44,828 nt of DNA from a virus. The notes under the pieces are model-generated. The model had not been told where the DNA came from. It did not search any database and saw only the letters and a list, made by a program, of their open reading frames with translations. The stretch lies in IMG/VR virus record IMGVR_UViG_3300048615_000030, positions 1 to 44,828 of that record; one strand, 5' to 3'. Both the position numbers and the translations under genes were made by a program. The stretch's first letter is position 1; every line of letters begins with the position of its first letter. This document shows positions 7,203-15,612 of the stretch, in pieces.

Positions 7203-8177
7203 TCATTCGACCGGAGCACCAACATCAAAGATCAGCGAACCAGCCTCCGAACCGACGACGGTTATTTGAGACTCCAACGGTGGGACGGAATCCTCCCGAA
7301 ACTCGAGGTACTCGTTCGGAGTGAACCCGAGCGCAGCAGCCACCAGTTCGACGGACTTCTTCTCACCCTCCGCTTTCGCAATCGCCGCATCCCGATCCCC
7401 GTCTGCACGTTCACGGACAGCCTGCGCCTCAGCAACAGCCACTTGGACGAGCCGTGCCGCCTCTGCCGCCTTCTGGTCCGCAATGATCTTTGCCTCAACG
7501 CTCTGAATGAAAGCGGGTGCGAAAACTGCGTCCTTGACGTTGACCGATTCGACAACAATCCCGTATTCAGCCAGACGGACCGTCAGCGCCTTGTGGACGG
7601 CTTCTGCGAGTGCGGCACGGTTCTGAGCGAAGTCGATCGCAGCGAACTGGCCGACCTCCTGCGTGACCAGTTGCAGGACCGACGGGGCGACGACCGTAGC
7701 CTGATAGTTCAACCCGACCGACTGGTACAACTCAGCAGCCTCACCAGGCTCCACATGCGTGATAACCGCGACCGGGACGGTCACCTCCTGCAGGTCGAGA
7801 GACTGCGGGTAGACCTCAACCTCGTAGACCTGAGAGCGCACGTTGACCATTCGGGCTGACTGCGCCCACGGGATCACAAACGACAACCCCTCGCCCCGTT
7901 CGACGGGGGAGACACCACCGGACACGCTGTAAATCGCCGCCCTGTGACCTGGAGGGGTAATCACCAGTGCTGGAAGGATGACGACTGCGGCTATCACACC
8001 GGCGAGCGCACGCCGTTTCGCACCAGCAGCGAGAGTCCGTCGTCCCTTACGTGTGACCCCGTCGGTTTCCGTGGGTTCACGGTGGGAGCCTTTAAATAAG
8101 ACCACCAGCACCCCGATTAGTGCGGCGACATAGAGAGCAGGCTGAACGAGAATTTCAAAGCCGTAGGACTGGAGCAT
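7203..8177 (-). CDS. SPFH / Band 7 (prohibitin, HflK/C-like) membrane protein.
   Basis: N-terminal hydrophobic segments are followed by GHRAAIYSVSGGV...GEGLSFVIPW...DLQEVTV...IVVESVNVKDAVFAPAFIQSVEAKIIADQKAAEA... and an Ala/Glu-rich coiled coil, as in prohibitins. Confidence 0.75.
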   Translation of the reverse strand: MLQSYGFEILVQPALYVAALIGVLVVLFKGSHREPTETDGVTRKGRRTLAAGAKRRALAGVIAAVVILPALVITPPGHRAAIYSVSGGVSPVERGEGLSFVIPWAQSARMVNVRSQVYEVEVYPQSLDLQEVTVPVAVITHVEPGEAAELYQSVGLNYQATVVAPSVLQLVTQEVGQFAAIDFAQNRAALAEAVHKALTVRLAEYGIVVESVNVKDAVFAPAFIQSVEAKIIADQKAAEAARLVQVAVAEAQAVRERADGDRDAAIAKAEGEKKSVELVAAALGFTPNEYLEFREDSVPPLESQITVVGSEAGSLIFDVGAPVE

Positions 8178-8551
8178 TAGAGCGCCTCCGCTGTCGTGCG
8201 GAAGAGTTCCGCTAGTTGTTGGCCCGCCTCGAACGGATCGTCAGGAAGGCTGTCGTCGTTGTAAGCGATCAAACCGCTCCACCACCCGACATGCGACATA
8301 AGGCGATTGTCGACAGCGTTTTCGGCATCCAGATAATCGTCCTCGGTCCCACCGAGAAGGCGCGTCGCCAGCACGAGAGAACCTTGGGCGCAACGGCGAG
8401 ATGCTGCTAATAAGGCCACCTCCTCCTCGGCGGCCTCGAGAACGCGGGACAGGCCGTACCCGCTGTCGTGAAACCAACTCCCTTTGCACCACATGCCCTG
8501 TTGCACGTCCTCGGCTGCCTTGAGCAGAATGTCTTTCGATTCGACGCTCAT
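8177..8551 (-). CDS. Hypothetical cytosolic protein.
   Basis: 124-aa ORF. Its stop overlaps the SPFH start by 1 nt, and its start overlaps the upstream stop by 4 nt. Confidence 0.55.
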   Translation of the reverse strand: MSVESKDILLKAAEDVQQGMWCKGSWFHDSGYGLSRVLEAAEEEVALLAASRRCAQGSLVLATRLLGGTEDDYLDAENAVDNRLMSHVGWWSGLIAYNDDSLPDDPFEAGQQLAELFRTTAEAL

Positions 8552-9057
8552 TCCTGGTCTCCTGTCGTAGTGGGTGGTGCTTCGTCGTCTCTGTCGAATC
8601 CTTCACGAGTGCCTGTCCGGGAGTAGTCGGGAGGGGCGATAATCCCGTCTCCGACCGCCACCGGCCGCGGGTAGGCATCACTCCACGCGTAAGTGATCCC
8701 GCCGTCCTTGACCAGCCACAATTGGTCGCGGTCGAAAATGCCTACGCAGTCGTTGGTCGACCCGTCGTCCCAACCGCCCGCCACGATTCCCTGGCATCCC
8801 CACCGGACACTGTCAGCAATCGACGGTGACTCGTTGTCATATGTGCTGGACGCGATACACGCGATGACTTCGGGATCGTCGAACTCAAACCCGTTGTTGA
8901 TACCGTGAAGACCGGCGCAGTAGTTCTCGGCCTGGGTGAGCGCTAGGGGCCGCAGGTTGTCGTCGAACAGCCGCCAAAAGTTGACCGGCCAAAACACGGC
9001 TATCCCACCACCCACCACCAGGAGCACTGAGAGAGCGAAGGCTGCTAGGCGTTTCAT
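8548..9057 (-). CDS. Signal-anchored or secreted Cys-containing protein.
   Basis: N-terminal MKRLAAFALSVLLVVGGGIAVFW, then four Cys residues and an acidic C-terminus. 4-nt overlaps on both sides. Confidence 0.55.
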   Translation of the reverse strand: MKRLAAFALSVLLVVGGGIAVFWPVNFWRLFDDNLRPLALTQAENYCAGLHGINNGFEFDDPEVIACIASSTYDNESPSIADSVRWGCQGIVAGGWDDGSTNDCVGIFDRDQLWLVKDGGITYAWSDAYPRPVAVGDGIIAPPDYSRTGTREGFDRDDEAPPTTTGDQE

Positions 9058-11813
9058 GCTGCCTCCATTCCCGCGAGCAGATCGTGGATTTCGACGCCGT
9101 CGACAGTGGACTGGACGTCGAGTAGAGCTGCTACCGCTTCGATCTGGTCGACCCGGTCAGACAGGAACAGGTCGGTCTCGTCGTAGAGACGTTGGAGGAG
9201 CCGGTTGACCGCGTCCTTCTGCTCGTCGGGTAGTTGATCGAACGGCAGTTTCGACACGGACAAGTACTCGTCCATCGCGAACCGGGCGACCATCCCAGCG
9301 GCCTGTTCGGTTGCCTTCTCCAAGTCCGACGACGGACCGGTCGACAGGTCCCCTTCGAAGAAGTGCCGTTCGGCCCATACTGAGGCGAGCGCCACTCGGA
9401 TGTCCGCTTCGATCTCAGACCGAGGCCGGGTGTGTCGTTCCTCAATCGGCGCTGACGACACCACACCCAGGTTCCGGTCTCGCATGACAATCGACGCATA
9501 CTGGATTTGGCTGCGCTGCCGGAAATGGTGTGCGACGACAGCATGCGATGCTTCGTGGAGGCAGACCCGACGGTGGTCGTCCTCGACTGTCTGACGGCCC
9601 CGGTCCTCTCCCATCCGCTTCCAAATCAGAGCTTCCCGGATGTCCTTCGCTGTGACTGTCGTTCGCTCTTCCCTGATCGTGGTGAGCAGCGCCTCATTCA
9701 CAATGTCCTTGATGGAGGCGCCGGTCGCTCCAGGGTTCTCCTTCGCCAGGGTTTGAATCTCCTGGTCGGTCACGTTGTGGTCGTCGAGTTTGGCGAGATA
9801 CCCGCGGAGGGTTTCGGCGATCCCGTCAGCGTTAGGCCGACCCACTTTGATATGCCGGTCGTACCGGCCCGGCCGCAACAATGCCGGGTCGAGGTCGTCG
9901 GCCCGGTTCGTCGCTCCCACGTGGAGAATCCGATAGTGGGGCGGAGGGACTGGTTCGAATCCGATCAGGACGCGGATCTTGTTGTACAGGCCGCGGGGTT
10001 TCGCCAGGCCGGACATTTCCGACAAGACCATCTGCAGTGCACCCGACCCGACACCACCGCCGGTTATCACCATCTCGTCTGACAAGCCGACCAACCGGCC
10101 GATAGTCGACAGGACAACCCGTGCGGCCTGTTCGAGAACCCCACCACCACGGGAGCCGAGAGCGTCTATCTCGTCGAAGAAGCAGTTGTGTGTTACGAAG
10201 CCATCGGCTACGAATGTCCTGGTCGACGTTTGGATGGAAACAATCGGGCCGTAGCCGACGGGTTCAATGGCCTCCACCGTCGCCCAAGAGTTGTTGGGCA
10301 GACGAGGTGGGTTGTCACCAGAAAAGACAGCGTGATATTGCTCCAATAGCCGCTGCGGGCGCACCATGCCGAGAAGCCGAAGCGACATCGGTAGGTTCGT
10401 CAGTTCATAGGTGTGTAGGTCACTGGTCGCGAGCCCGTGGGCCCCGGCCTTCCGCAGATACAACGAATATCCGAACCCTCGCCTGTCCAGTTCCTGACCG
10501 ATGCGCTGTTCGACCGGACCAACGTTTTGACTGATGCCGACGTTGAGCCCACGACCAACACCGCGAAAGTCTCGGCCGGTGATGTGCCCCTCGCCGTCGT
10601 ACATGCCAGCAAGCCATGAGTCGCCGTCCTCCGACTCCCAGGGATCGGCAAGCCACTTGATGTGGTCGCCTGGATTGAGCAGTAATGCGGGGCGCCAGAC
10701 GAGGCCGCCGTGGCGCTTTGGCGTTCCCAGCGGGTAGTCCCTTGCGAGAAACGGGTGTTCGCCGTTGACGACGATGCTTCCGCGGTCCGTGACCAGCCGA
10801 TACCGCTGGTCGGTCCGATGCTCTACTGCTTCAACAACCCCGAGCCTGGTCCGCCGCCCTCCGTGTTCGCGTTTCCCCTTCTCGTCAACACCGAAGATGC
10901 CATCCTCCGGCTGCAATGTGTCGGCCCGTACCCAACGAAGGTCATCGGTTAGTACGAGGGTTTCCGGGGCGACACAAACAACCCCGCCATGCTTCACCGA
11001 CAGTTTCCGCAAATGCCGGTAGAGCATTTTCACTTTCATGATCGGAACGCCGACGAACATGTTCGTGAACGATTCCGGCCCGACCGACACGAACGGCTTC
11101 CCGGTCTCCCCGGCCAACGCCTCGGCTAGGAGGCTCTTGCCAGTGCCCGGAGGTCCGACGAGAAGGAGACCGCCAGGCATGTACCCGCCGCGCTTCTCGA
11201 CCACTTCAGGGTTTTCGAGGAGGAACAGGTTCTCCCTCATACGTGCGACGGCCTTGTCCTGGCCGTACACGTCCGAGAACCGAGTGCGGATCGACGCCGG
11301 GTGGATGACCTGGTAGAGGTCCATCCGGGCGAGCACCCACATCATGAGGAACAGTCCTGCGAACCCCATCGCAATGTTGAGTGCCATGAACAGGATGGTC
11401 TGGAAGTTCTGAACGACGAGCGCTGGAATGGCTGTAGCGCATCCGATCGTGCCGGTGCACTTGTCGGTGGCACCGTCGATGAGATAGCCGAGAGCGACCG
11501 TCCAGAAGGCGTAGCGGACTATCCGGCCGATCCGATAACGGGAGTAGTCCGAGAAGCGACCTTTGCGTTTCTCCCACCGGGCTCGAAGGCGGTTGGTGGT
11601 CGCGTAGAAGTGGGTTGACTGTTCTTCTCCGTAACGGACGAACTCTTTCGCCACGTACAAGACGACGAGACCCCAAGTGATCTTCCCGACAGGGGATTGG
11701 AGGAACGGTGATGGCTGGCCGCGTTCGGCGATGAACGTGTAGACGAGCAGATAGGAGATGACACGGATGCGTTCGGTCCAATGGACGGGTGGGCGCAGGC
11801 GAATCTTGCTCAT
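9054..11813 (-). CDS. FtsH-like membrane AAA+ ATPase / M41 zinc metalloprotease, interrupted by an intein.
   Basis: The N-terminus has hydrophobic helices. The Walker A motif is GPPGTGKS. The Walker B motif VV|CFFDEIDALG is split by a 264-aa insert. Further FtsH-like stretches are ATNRADDLDPALLRPGRYDRHI, HEASHAVVAHH (HExxH) and a downstream AERHFF...STGPSSDLEKAT. Confidence 0.8.
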   Translation of the reverse strand: MSKIRLRPPVHWTERIRVISYLLVYTFIAERGQPSPFLQSPVGKITWGLVVLYVAKEFVRYGEEQSTHFYATTNRLRARWEKRKGRFSDYSRYRIGRIVRYAFWTVALGYLIDGATDKCTGTIGCATAIPALVVQNFQTILFMALNIAMGFAGLFLMMWVLARMDLYQVIHPASIRTRFSDVYGQDKAVARMRENLFLLENPEVVEKRGGYMPGGLLLVGPPGTGKSLLAEALAGETGKPFVSVGPESFTNMFVGVPIMKVKMLYRHLRKLSVKHGGVVCVAPETLVLTDDLRWVRADTLQPEDGIFGVDEKGKREHGGRRTRLGVVEAVEHRTDQRYRLVTDRGSIVVNGEHPFLARDYPLGTPKRHGGLVWRPALLLNPGDHIKWLADPWESEDGDSWLAGMYDGEGHITGRDFRGVGRGLNVGISQNVGPVEQRIGQELDRRGFGYSLYLRKAGAHGLATSDLHTYELTNLPMSLRLLGMVRPQRLLEQYHAVFSGDNPPRLPNNSWATVEAIEPVGYGPIVSIQTSTRTFVADGFVTHNCFFDEIDALGSRGGGVLEQAARVVLSTIGRLVGLSDEMVITGGGVGSGALQMVLSEMSGLAKPRGLYNKIRVLIGFEPVPPPHYRILHVGATNRADDLDPALLRPGRYDRHIKVGRPNADGIAETLRGYLAKLDDHNVTDQEIQTLAKENPGATGASIKDIVNEALLTTIREERTTVTAKDIREALIWKRMGEDRGRQTVEDDHRRVCLHEASHAVVAHHFRQRSQIQYASIVMRDRNLGVVSSAPIEERHTRPRSEIEADIRVALASVWAERHFFEGDLSTGPSSDLEKATEQAAGMVARFAMDEYLSVSKLPFDQLPDEQKDAVNRLLQRLYDETDLFLSDRVDQIEAVAALLDVQSTVDGVEIHDLLAGMEAA
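10185..10976 (-). mobile_element. Intein (264 aa) inserted immediately before the Walker B motif of the FtsH-like gene.
   Basis: It begins CVAPETLVLTD (Cys1) and has an internal GEHPF (block B His). WLAGMYDGEGH is LAGLIDADG-like. It ends FVADGFVTHN and is followed by the +1 Cys of CFFDEID. Removing it restores a contiguous AAA+ module. Confidence 0.8.
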
Positions 11814-12043
11814 ACGACGCTGCCCGCTTTCGCCTTCAACGCTGTCGTATCCTCAAGCCAGAGTTGGCCGGCCCACACACCGACAGCAGACCCGCCCCGC
11901 TCCACTTCAACCCGAATCCGGTAGTCCGCGCACTGACGGGTCACGGAACACTCCGAGCAGACAGCGAGTGCTTCGGCCACCGTCGCCTTGTCGTGGAAGA
12001 TGCGAGGGTCCACGTCAAGACAGGCCGCCTGAGCTCGCCACAT
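11810..12043 (-). CDS. whiB: WhiB-family (Wbl) Fe-S transcription factor.
   Basis: Four Cys in the pattern C-x(n)-C-x2-C-x5-C (ACLDVDP...CSECSVTRQC), then GVWAG. Start taken at ATG 12043 (GGAGAG 7 nt upstream; TGATG overlap). The stop overlaps the FtsH-like start by 4 nt. Confidence 0.75.
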   Translation of the reverse strand: MWRAQAACLDVDPRIFHDKATVAEALAVCSECSVTRQCADYRIRVEVERGGSAVGVWAGQLWLEDTTALKAKAGSVV

Positions 12044-12402
12044 CAGACGGCTCTCCATTCAGTCCGGAACACTTCCCCGTCCCGTGTTGTGATGCTCGCC
12101 CACTGGGATTCCGTCGTGGTCAGAAGCACCCGACGGGACACGACCAAGCTTCGCCGTCGCAGCCGGAAGAGAGTCGTGTAGATAGTCTCTGGCGTGATGT
12201 CCGGGAGAAGCATGCCGATCCCGTCGGGCGTCAGCCAGCCGCCATCCGTGACCAACACGTCGAGTATTCGTGCGGGGCCACCATCCGTCACCAACCCCCT
12301 GTTCTTCGGATTCGGTGGATTGTCACGCCGCCACATGTAGTAGCAGGACGAACACAATCCCCGAGCTGTCGTCGGACGGTCCGAGTGAGGGCAGACCATC
12401 AT
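12043..12402 (-). CDS. Zn-knuckle + wHTH-like protein; paralogue of 12399..12770.
   Basis: CPHSDRPTTARGLCSSCYYMWRR, then ILDVLVTDGGWLTPDGI, ending EWRAV. ATGA overlap at the start. Confidence 0.55.
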   Translation of the reverse strand: MMVCPHSDRPTTARGLCSSCYYMWRRDNPPNPKNRGLVTDGGPARILDVLVTDGGWLTPDGIGMLLPDITPETIYTTLFRLRRRSLVVSRRVLLTTTESQWASITTRDGEVFRTEWRAV

Positions 12403-12770
12403 CGTTTCGCCCTCCATTCCGCCCGGACTTCAAACCCGTACGGACCCCGAGTGTTCGACGAAGCCAGACCGACAGCACGATGTTCGGTCCGATCCTCCAA
12501 CGCGTCGTACAAGGCGTTCTTCACTTGGGCCGGAGTCATCACCCCGTCCAATTGGAGAGCGATACCCTCCGCTGTCAGCCAGCCGCCATCAGCCTCAAGA
12601 ACGTCGAGGACACGGTTCGACAGTTGCGCTTTCCGACCACGCCGGACCGGCACGAAAAGAGGGTCGCCGTAAAGGTTGAACCGCTTGTAGTGGAACCGGC
12701 AGTAGCCTTTAGCCGAATACGGTTCTGTGCAAAGGTCGACAGTGCACTCCCGTTTCGGATTCCGCTTCAA
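12399..12770 (-). CDS. Zn-knuckle + wHTH-like protein; paralogue of 12043..12402.
   Basis: CTVDLCTEPYSAKGYCRFHYKRF, then VLDVLEADGGWLTAEGI, ending EWRAKR. ATGA overlap with the HNH stop. Confidence 0.55.
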   Translation of the reverse strand: MKRNPKRECTVDLCTEPYSAKGYCRFHYKRFNLYGDPLFVPVRRGRKAQLSNRVLDVLEADGGWLTAEGIALQLDGVMTPAQVKNALYDALEDRTEHRAVGLASSNTRGPYGFEVRAEWRAKR

Positions 12771-13375
12771 CTTTCAAACCTTCGAACATGACTGTTCTCC
12801 TGATACGAGTCAGGACCACGAGCCGATATCGACGCTTCCGCTCTATGTGCATTGAGAAGCTCTGGATAGGTGTCGATTACCCACAGAGCCAGGTCGGCAG
12901 CGCGTTGGCCCCTCGGCTGTGGCACCACCCACAGCTCAAGGTTCTCAGGATGGTTGTCGTGGCGGATGCCGTTCTTGTGATGAACATCCTCAAAGTCAGC
13001 GAGTGGCCGACAGAGGACCCGCTCCATGATCAACCGGTGCTCTAAGACGTGCCGACCGTTGTGATAGACCACTCGGTAGCCGAGCGTGTTGACGTGTCCC
13101 GTGCCATTGGGGGCCTTGGACCGGATGGCCTCTTCGGGATCGACACGCCCTCGCAGACGCCACCTTCGATAATGTTGCTTACACCAACTCCGAGCGCTAA
13201 CCGGTTGGTCACAGTTCTCTACACTGCAAAGGGTCCCGGGCTCGTAGCGCTCACCTATGGGCTGCTCGGCGCGGACGTCGCCGTATCGTTGCCAACGGCT
13301 GTAATGAGCCTTGCACCAGCCCCTTGACGAGGGTGGCCGGTCACAGTCATCGACTGAGCAGGTAGGCTTGGACAT
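12767..13375 (-). CDS. HNH endonuclease with two N-terminal Zn-knuckle repeats.
   Basis: CSVDDCDRPPSSRGWCKAHYSRWQRYG and CSVENCDQPVSARSWCKQHYRRWRLRG, followed by GYRVVYHNGRHVLEHRLIME...VHHKNGIRHDNHPENLEL. ATG 13375 is preceded by TAGGAGG. Confidence 0.75.
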   Translation of the reverse strand: MSKPTCSVDDCDRPPSSRGWCKAHYSRWQRYGDVRAEQPIGERYEPGTLCSVENCDQPVSARSWCKQHYRRWRLRGRVDPEEAIRSKAPNGTGHVNTLGYRVVYHNGRHVLEHRLIMERVLCRPLADFEDVHHKNGIRHDNHPENLELWVVPQPRGQRAADLALWVIDTYPELLNAHRAEASISARGPDSYQENSHVRRFES

Positions 13376-13403
13376 GATCGGCCTCCTATGTAGGTCGGTC
13401 CAT

Positions 13404-13432
13404 GCCCCCGGCCGTATCCGCGGTGCGGGGGC
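13404..13432. terminator. GC-rich hairpin in the only sizeable gap of the early operon.
   Basis: GCCCCCG (13404..13410) pairs with CGGGGGC (13426..13432). TTTCTCT follows on the plus strand. Its function and the relevant strand are uncertain. Confidence 0.3.
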
Positions 13433-13467
13433 TTTCTCTGCCCTCCAATATAGTCGAACACCTGTTC

Positions 13468-13824
13468 TCATGGTATTCGCTCCGGACCGGTCCGAGCGAA
13501 GCTGGCCTCTTCGGTGGAGGCGCGCAAAAGGGTCTGAATCGCCGAAATCTGGGTCGATCTGGCGCGGACACTCTCGAGAGCAGCTCGTCGCATGCCCTCC
13601 GCTACGTCCCGCTTATACCGCAACCCCGCGGTCTGACCGTCTACTTGAGCTTCACGGAACCCCGCAGTCCCCTCAGTGTTCTCCACCCACGCACGCGCAC
13701 GAGCCTTCCGGTACGCCTGCTCTGCGGAGGCGACATCCTCAGCGGACGTTTGAAGCATCTCCAAGCCAGCGTTCAGAAGGTGCGAAAGGCGGCGGACTTC
13801 CTCGGCGGCTTCGGAGAGAATCAT
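13468..13824 (-). CDS. Hypothetical helical protein.
   Basis: 118-aa ORF. 4-nt overlap with the upstream gene. Confidence 0.5.
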   Translation of the reverse strand: MILSEAAEEVRRLSHLLNAGLEMLQTSAEDVASAEQAYRKARARAWVENTEGTAGFREAQVDGQTAGLRYKRDVAEGMRRAALESVRARSTQISAIQTLLRASTEEASFARTGPERIP

Positions 13825-14201
13825 TCGCTCGACTCCGCGAGTCGGTTAGAAAGTCGACCGTGCAGCCAGAACCCGCCGTACAAGTGCAGTCCGATACCCG
13901 CATGCGCACACGCACGCTTGTACGCCTGGCTTTCAGCATTATCAGCCGACGAGTCCGTACCCACACCCGCATACGATTCGTCGCCGAGATCCACAGCCAC
14001 AGCCACCGTCCACTTACCGTCGCCGAACACGACATGAGTCACCCGGTATTCATGGCCTCCGTGGTCGAGCAGAAGACGTTGCGCATAGTGAGGCCATGAG
14101 ACGTAGTCGACGGAGGGCCGGGAGGCGCCGCCCGGCTTCTTCTCAATAAGCCTGTCCGGGAACGGTTCGGCATCTCTCAGAAGCTCGGGGAGGGTTCTCA
14201 C
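13821..14201 (-). CDS. Rad52/Sak-like single-strand annealing protein (DUF1071-like).
   Basis: VDYVSWPHYAQRLL...KWTVAVAV...AESQAYKRACAHAGIGLHLYG matches the C-terminal signature of Rad52-type phage annealases. Confidence 0.5.
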   Translation of the reverse strand: MRTLPELLRDAEPFPDRLIEKKPGGASRPSVDYVSWPHYAQRLLLDHGGHEYRVTHVVFGDGKWTVAVAVDLGDESYAGVGTDSSADNAESQAYKRACAHAGIGLHLYGGFWLHGRLSNRLAESSE

Positions 14202-14731
14202 TTGTCCCGCCTGACCACCGCACCGTCATCTGATGCAGCAATGAACTTCGGGGCCCTCGATGCGGGCATCTCAGACACCTTCACCGCGCCCACTTCGACG
14301 TCCATGAAATAGTCTTCGAACGCTGCGAATCCGACCTCGCCGGTCTCCCGGTTATGCCAGTGGTCGCCCAAATCTCTCAGGCCGGTAATCCGCGCCGAAT
14401 TCGGATTGAAAAGTCTCCGTGCTGCGTCTTCGGAGTTGATCCACTCCCAAAACTCACTGGCCTTCTCCTCGCGGAGTTTCCACTTCGACTCAGGAGCCGC
14501 CCGATACACCCTTTCACCGAACTTGGCGAAACCTCTCGAGCCCAACGACGGCTGCATGCCCTCCAACGACAGAGAGGCGATGAGACGGACGGCCTGGCCG
14601 ATAGGAGCGAGAAACGCACGCAGCTCGTCCAACTCCTCCACAGTGGAGGGAAGGTCTACGACCGGCTGCTCCCCGAACTCGATCGTATGTGCGGTGTCGC
14701 GGACGAGTTCCCAAACGTCAGCCCGGTTCAT
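14198..14731 (-). CDS. Hypothetical protein.
   Basis: Start taken at ATG 14731 (MNRADVWE...), which forms an ATGA overlap with ORF 14728..14874. Confidence 0.5.
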   Translation of the reverse strand: MNRADVWELVRDTAHTIEFGEQPVVDLPSTVEELDELRAFLAPIGQAVRLIASLSLEGMQPSLGSRGFAKFGERVYRAAPESKWKLREEKASEFWEWINSEDAARRLFNPNSARITGLRDLGDHWHNRETGEVGFAAFEDYFMDVEVGAVKVSEMPASRAPKFIAASDDGAVVRRDK

Positions 14732-14874
14732 TCGTCCCAACCCTTGTAAGCGCCGACTATCACCATGCCCATGCCGACCAAGAAAAGAAGAAGTCCGCCA
14801 TCATCGACAAGGCGCTGCGTCACCATGAAGTAGATGCCGAACGCGAACCAGAATCGGGCCACTGCCGGCCTCAT
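14728..14874 (-). CDS. Small membrane protein (48 aa).
   Basis: Hand translation: MRPAVARFWFAFGIYFMVTQRLVDDGGLLLFLVGMGMVIVGAYKGWDE. ATGA overlaps at both ends. Confidence 0.4.
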   Translation of the reverse strand: MRPAVARFWFAFGIYFMVTQRLVDDGGLLLFLVGMGMVIVGAYKGWDE

Positions 14875-15065
14875 ACGAGCGGCGTTTCAATGTAGGCGGC
14901 GAGCAGGTACAAGACAGCCAGAAGAAGGCCGAACAGTCGGACAGGAACATCCAATTCGTCGTCCAATTCGATGATGTGGCCGAGTTCGCAGGTGGCAAGC
15001 CAGCCGTCCTTTGCGTCAACCATCGTGAGGACGTTTCCGCAGGTGGGACAGCGGTCCTGCATCAC
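14871..15065 (-). CDS. Zinc-ribbon protein with a C-terminal hydrophobic helix.
   Basis: CPTCG...C...H, then LFGLLLAVLYLLAAYI. ATGA overlap. Confidence 0.5.
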   Translation of the reverse strand: MMQDRCPTCGNVLTMVDAKDGWLATCELGHIIELDDELDVPVRLFGLLLAVLYLLAAYIETPLV

Positions 15066-15406
15066 AGCCGCTCCCCGGCGATATTCTCAGAGACGCGTCT
15101 GACCGCCGCTGCGGTCAGAGCGGGGGTGTCTGCGATTGTTCCGATAAACAGAGACTGAGCTTGAGCGGGGGTCAGACCGAGCAGTCGAGGCGCCTCATTC
15201 CAGGCATAGGATGATTTGCCGTCCTTGACTATCTGACCGTCGTATTGGCCGAACGTCCACCCGGCGTCATAGCAAACTTTGCCAGCGACGCACATGGCTG
15301 TACCACAACCCCAGGCGCCCTGGTCCCAGACCCGGACCGACTCGGGAAGCTGCGCTTGCTCCTCAACCCATTCGACCATTTTCCTCAGAAGGGGTACGTC
15401 GATCAT
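15062..15406 (-). CDS. Hypothetical protein (114 aa, MIDVPLLRKMVEWVEE...).
   Basis: C-terminal part of track ORF 15062..15649. Start set by an ATGA overlap with ORF 15403..15612. Confidence 0.5.
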   Translation of the reverse strand: MIDVPLLRKMVEWVEEQAQLPESVRVWDQGAWGCGTAMCVAGKVCYDAGWTFGQYDGQIVKDGKSSYAWNEAPRLLGLTPAQAQSLFIGTIADTPALTAAAVRRVSENIAGERL

Positions 15407-15612
15407 TGGTTTGCCGGCCATCCGGTTTCCAACATGCGTCGGGCCGTCAGGTCGATAACCTCCGAACGCAAATCCAACTGCGAGACGTGGTATGGGTTCA
15501 AACGGTTTCCGAGGGCTGCCGTGTTGGTGTCGCCCTCTGGGAAAGGCGTCACGATGAACGGAGGAACATCGCTGTGGGGCAGCAGCCCCCGGAAAACTGA
15601 AACCAGGCTCAA
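15403..15612 (-). CDS. Hypothetical protein (69 aa) with a TTG start.
   Basis: AAGGAGG lies 4 nt upstream of TTG 15612. TTGA overlap with the stop at 15609. Confidence 0.35.
   Translation of the reverse strand: MSLVSVFRGLLPHSDVPPFIVTPFPEGDTNTAALGNRLNPYHVSQLDLRSEVIDLTARRMLETGWPANQ

Noticed and set aside
13404-13432. The GC hairpin as a confident rho-independent terminator of the early operon.
   Set aside because: The T-rich tract follows it only on the plus strand, which is non-coding here. On the transcribed minus strand there is no U-tract. It is kept as a low-confidence structural feature only.
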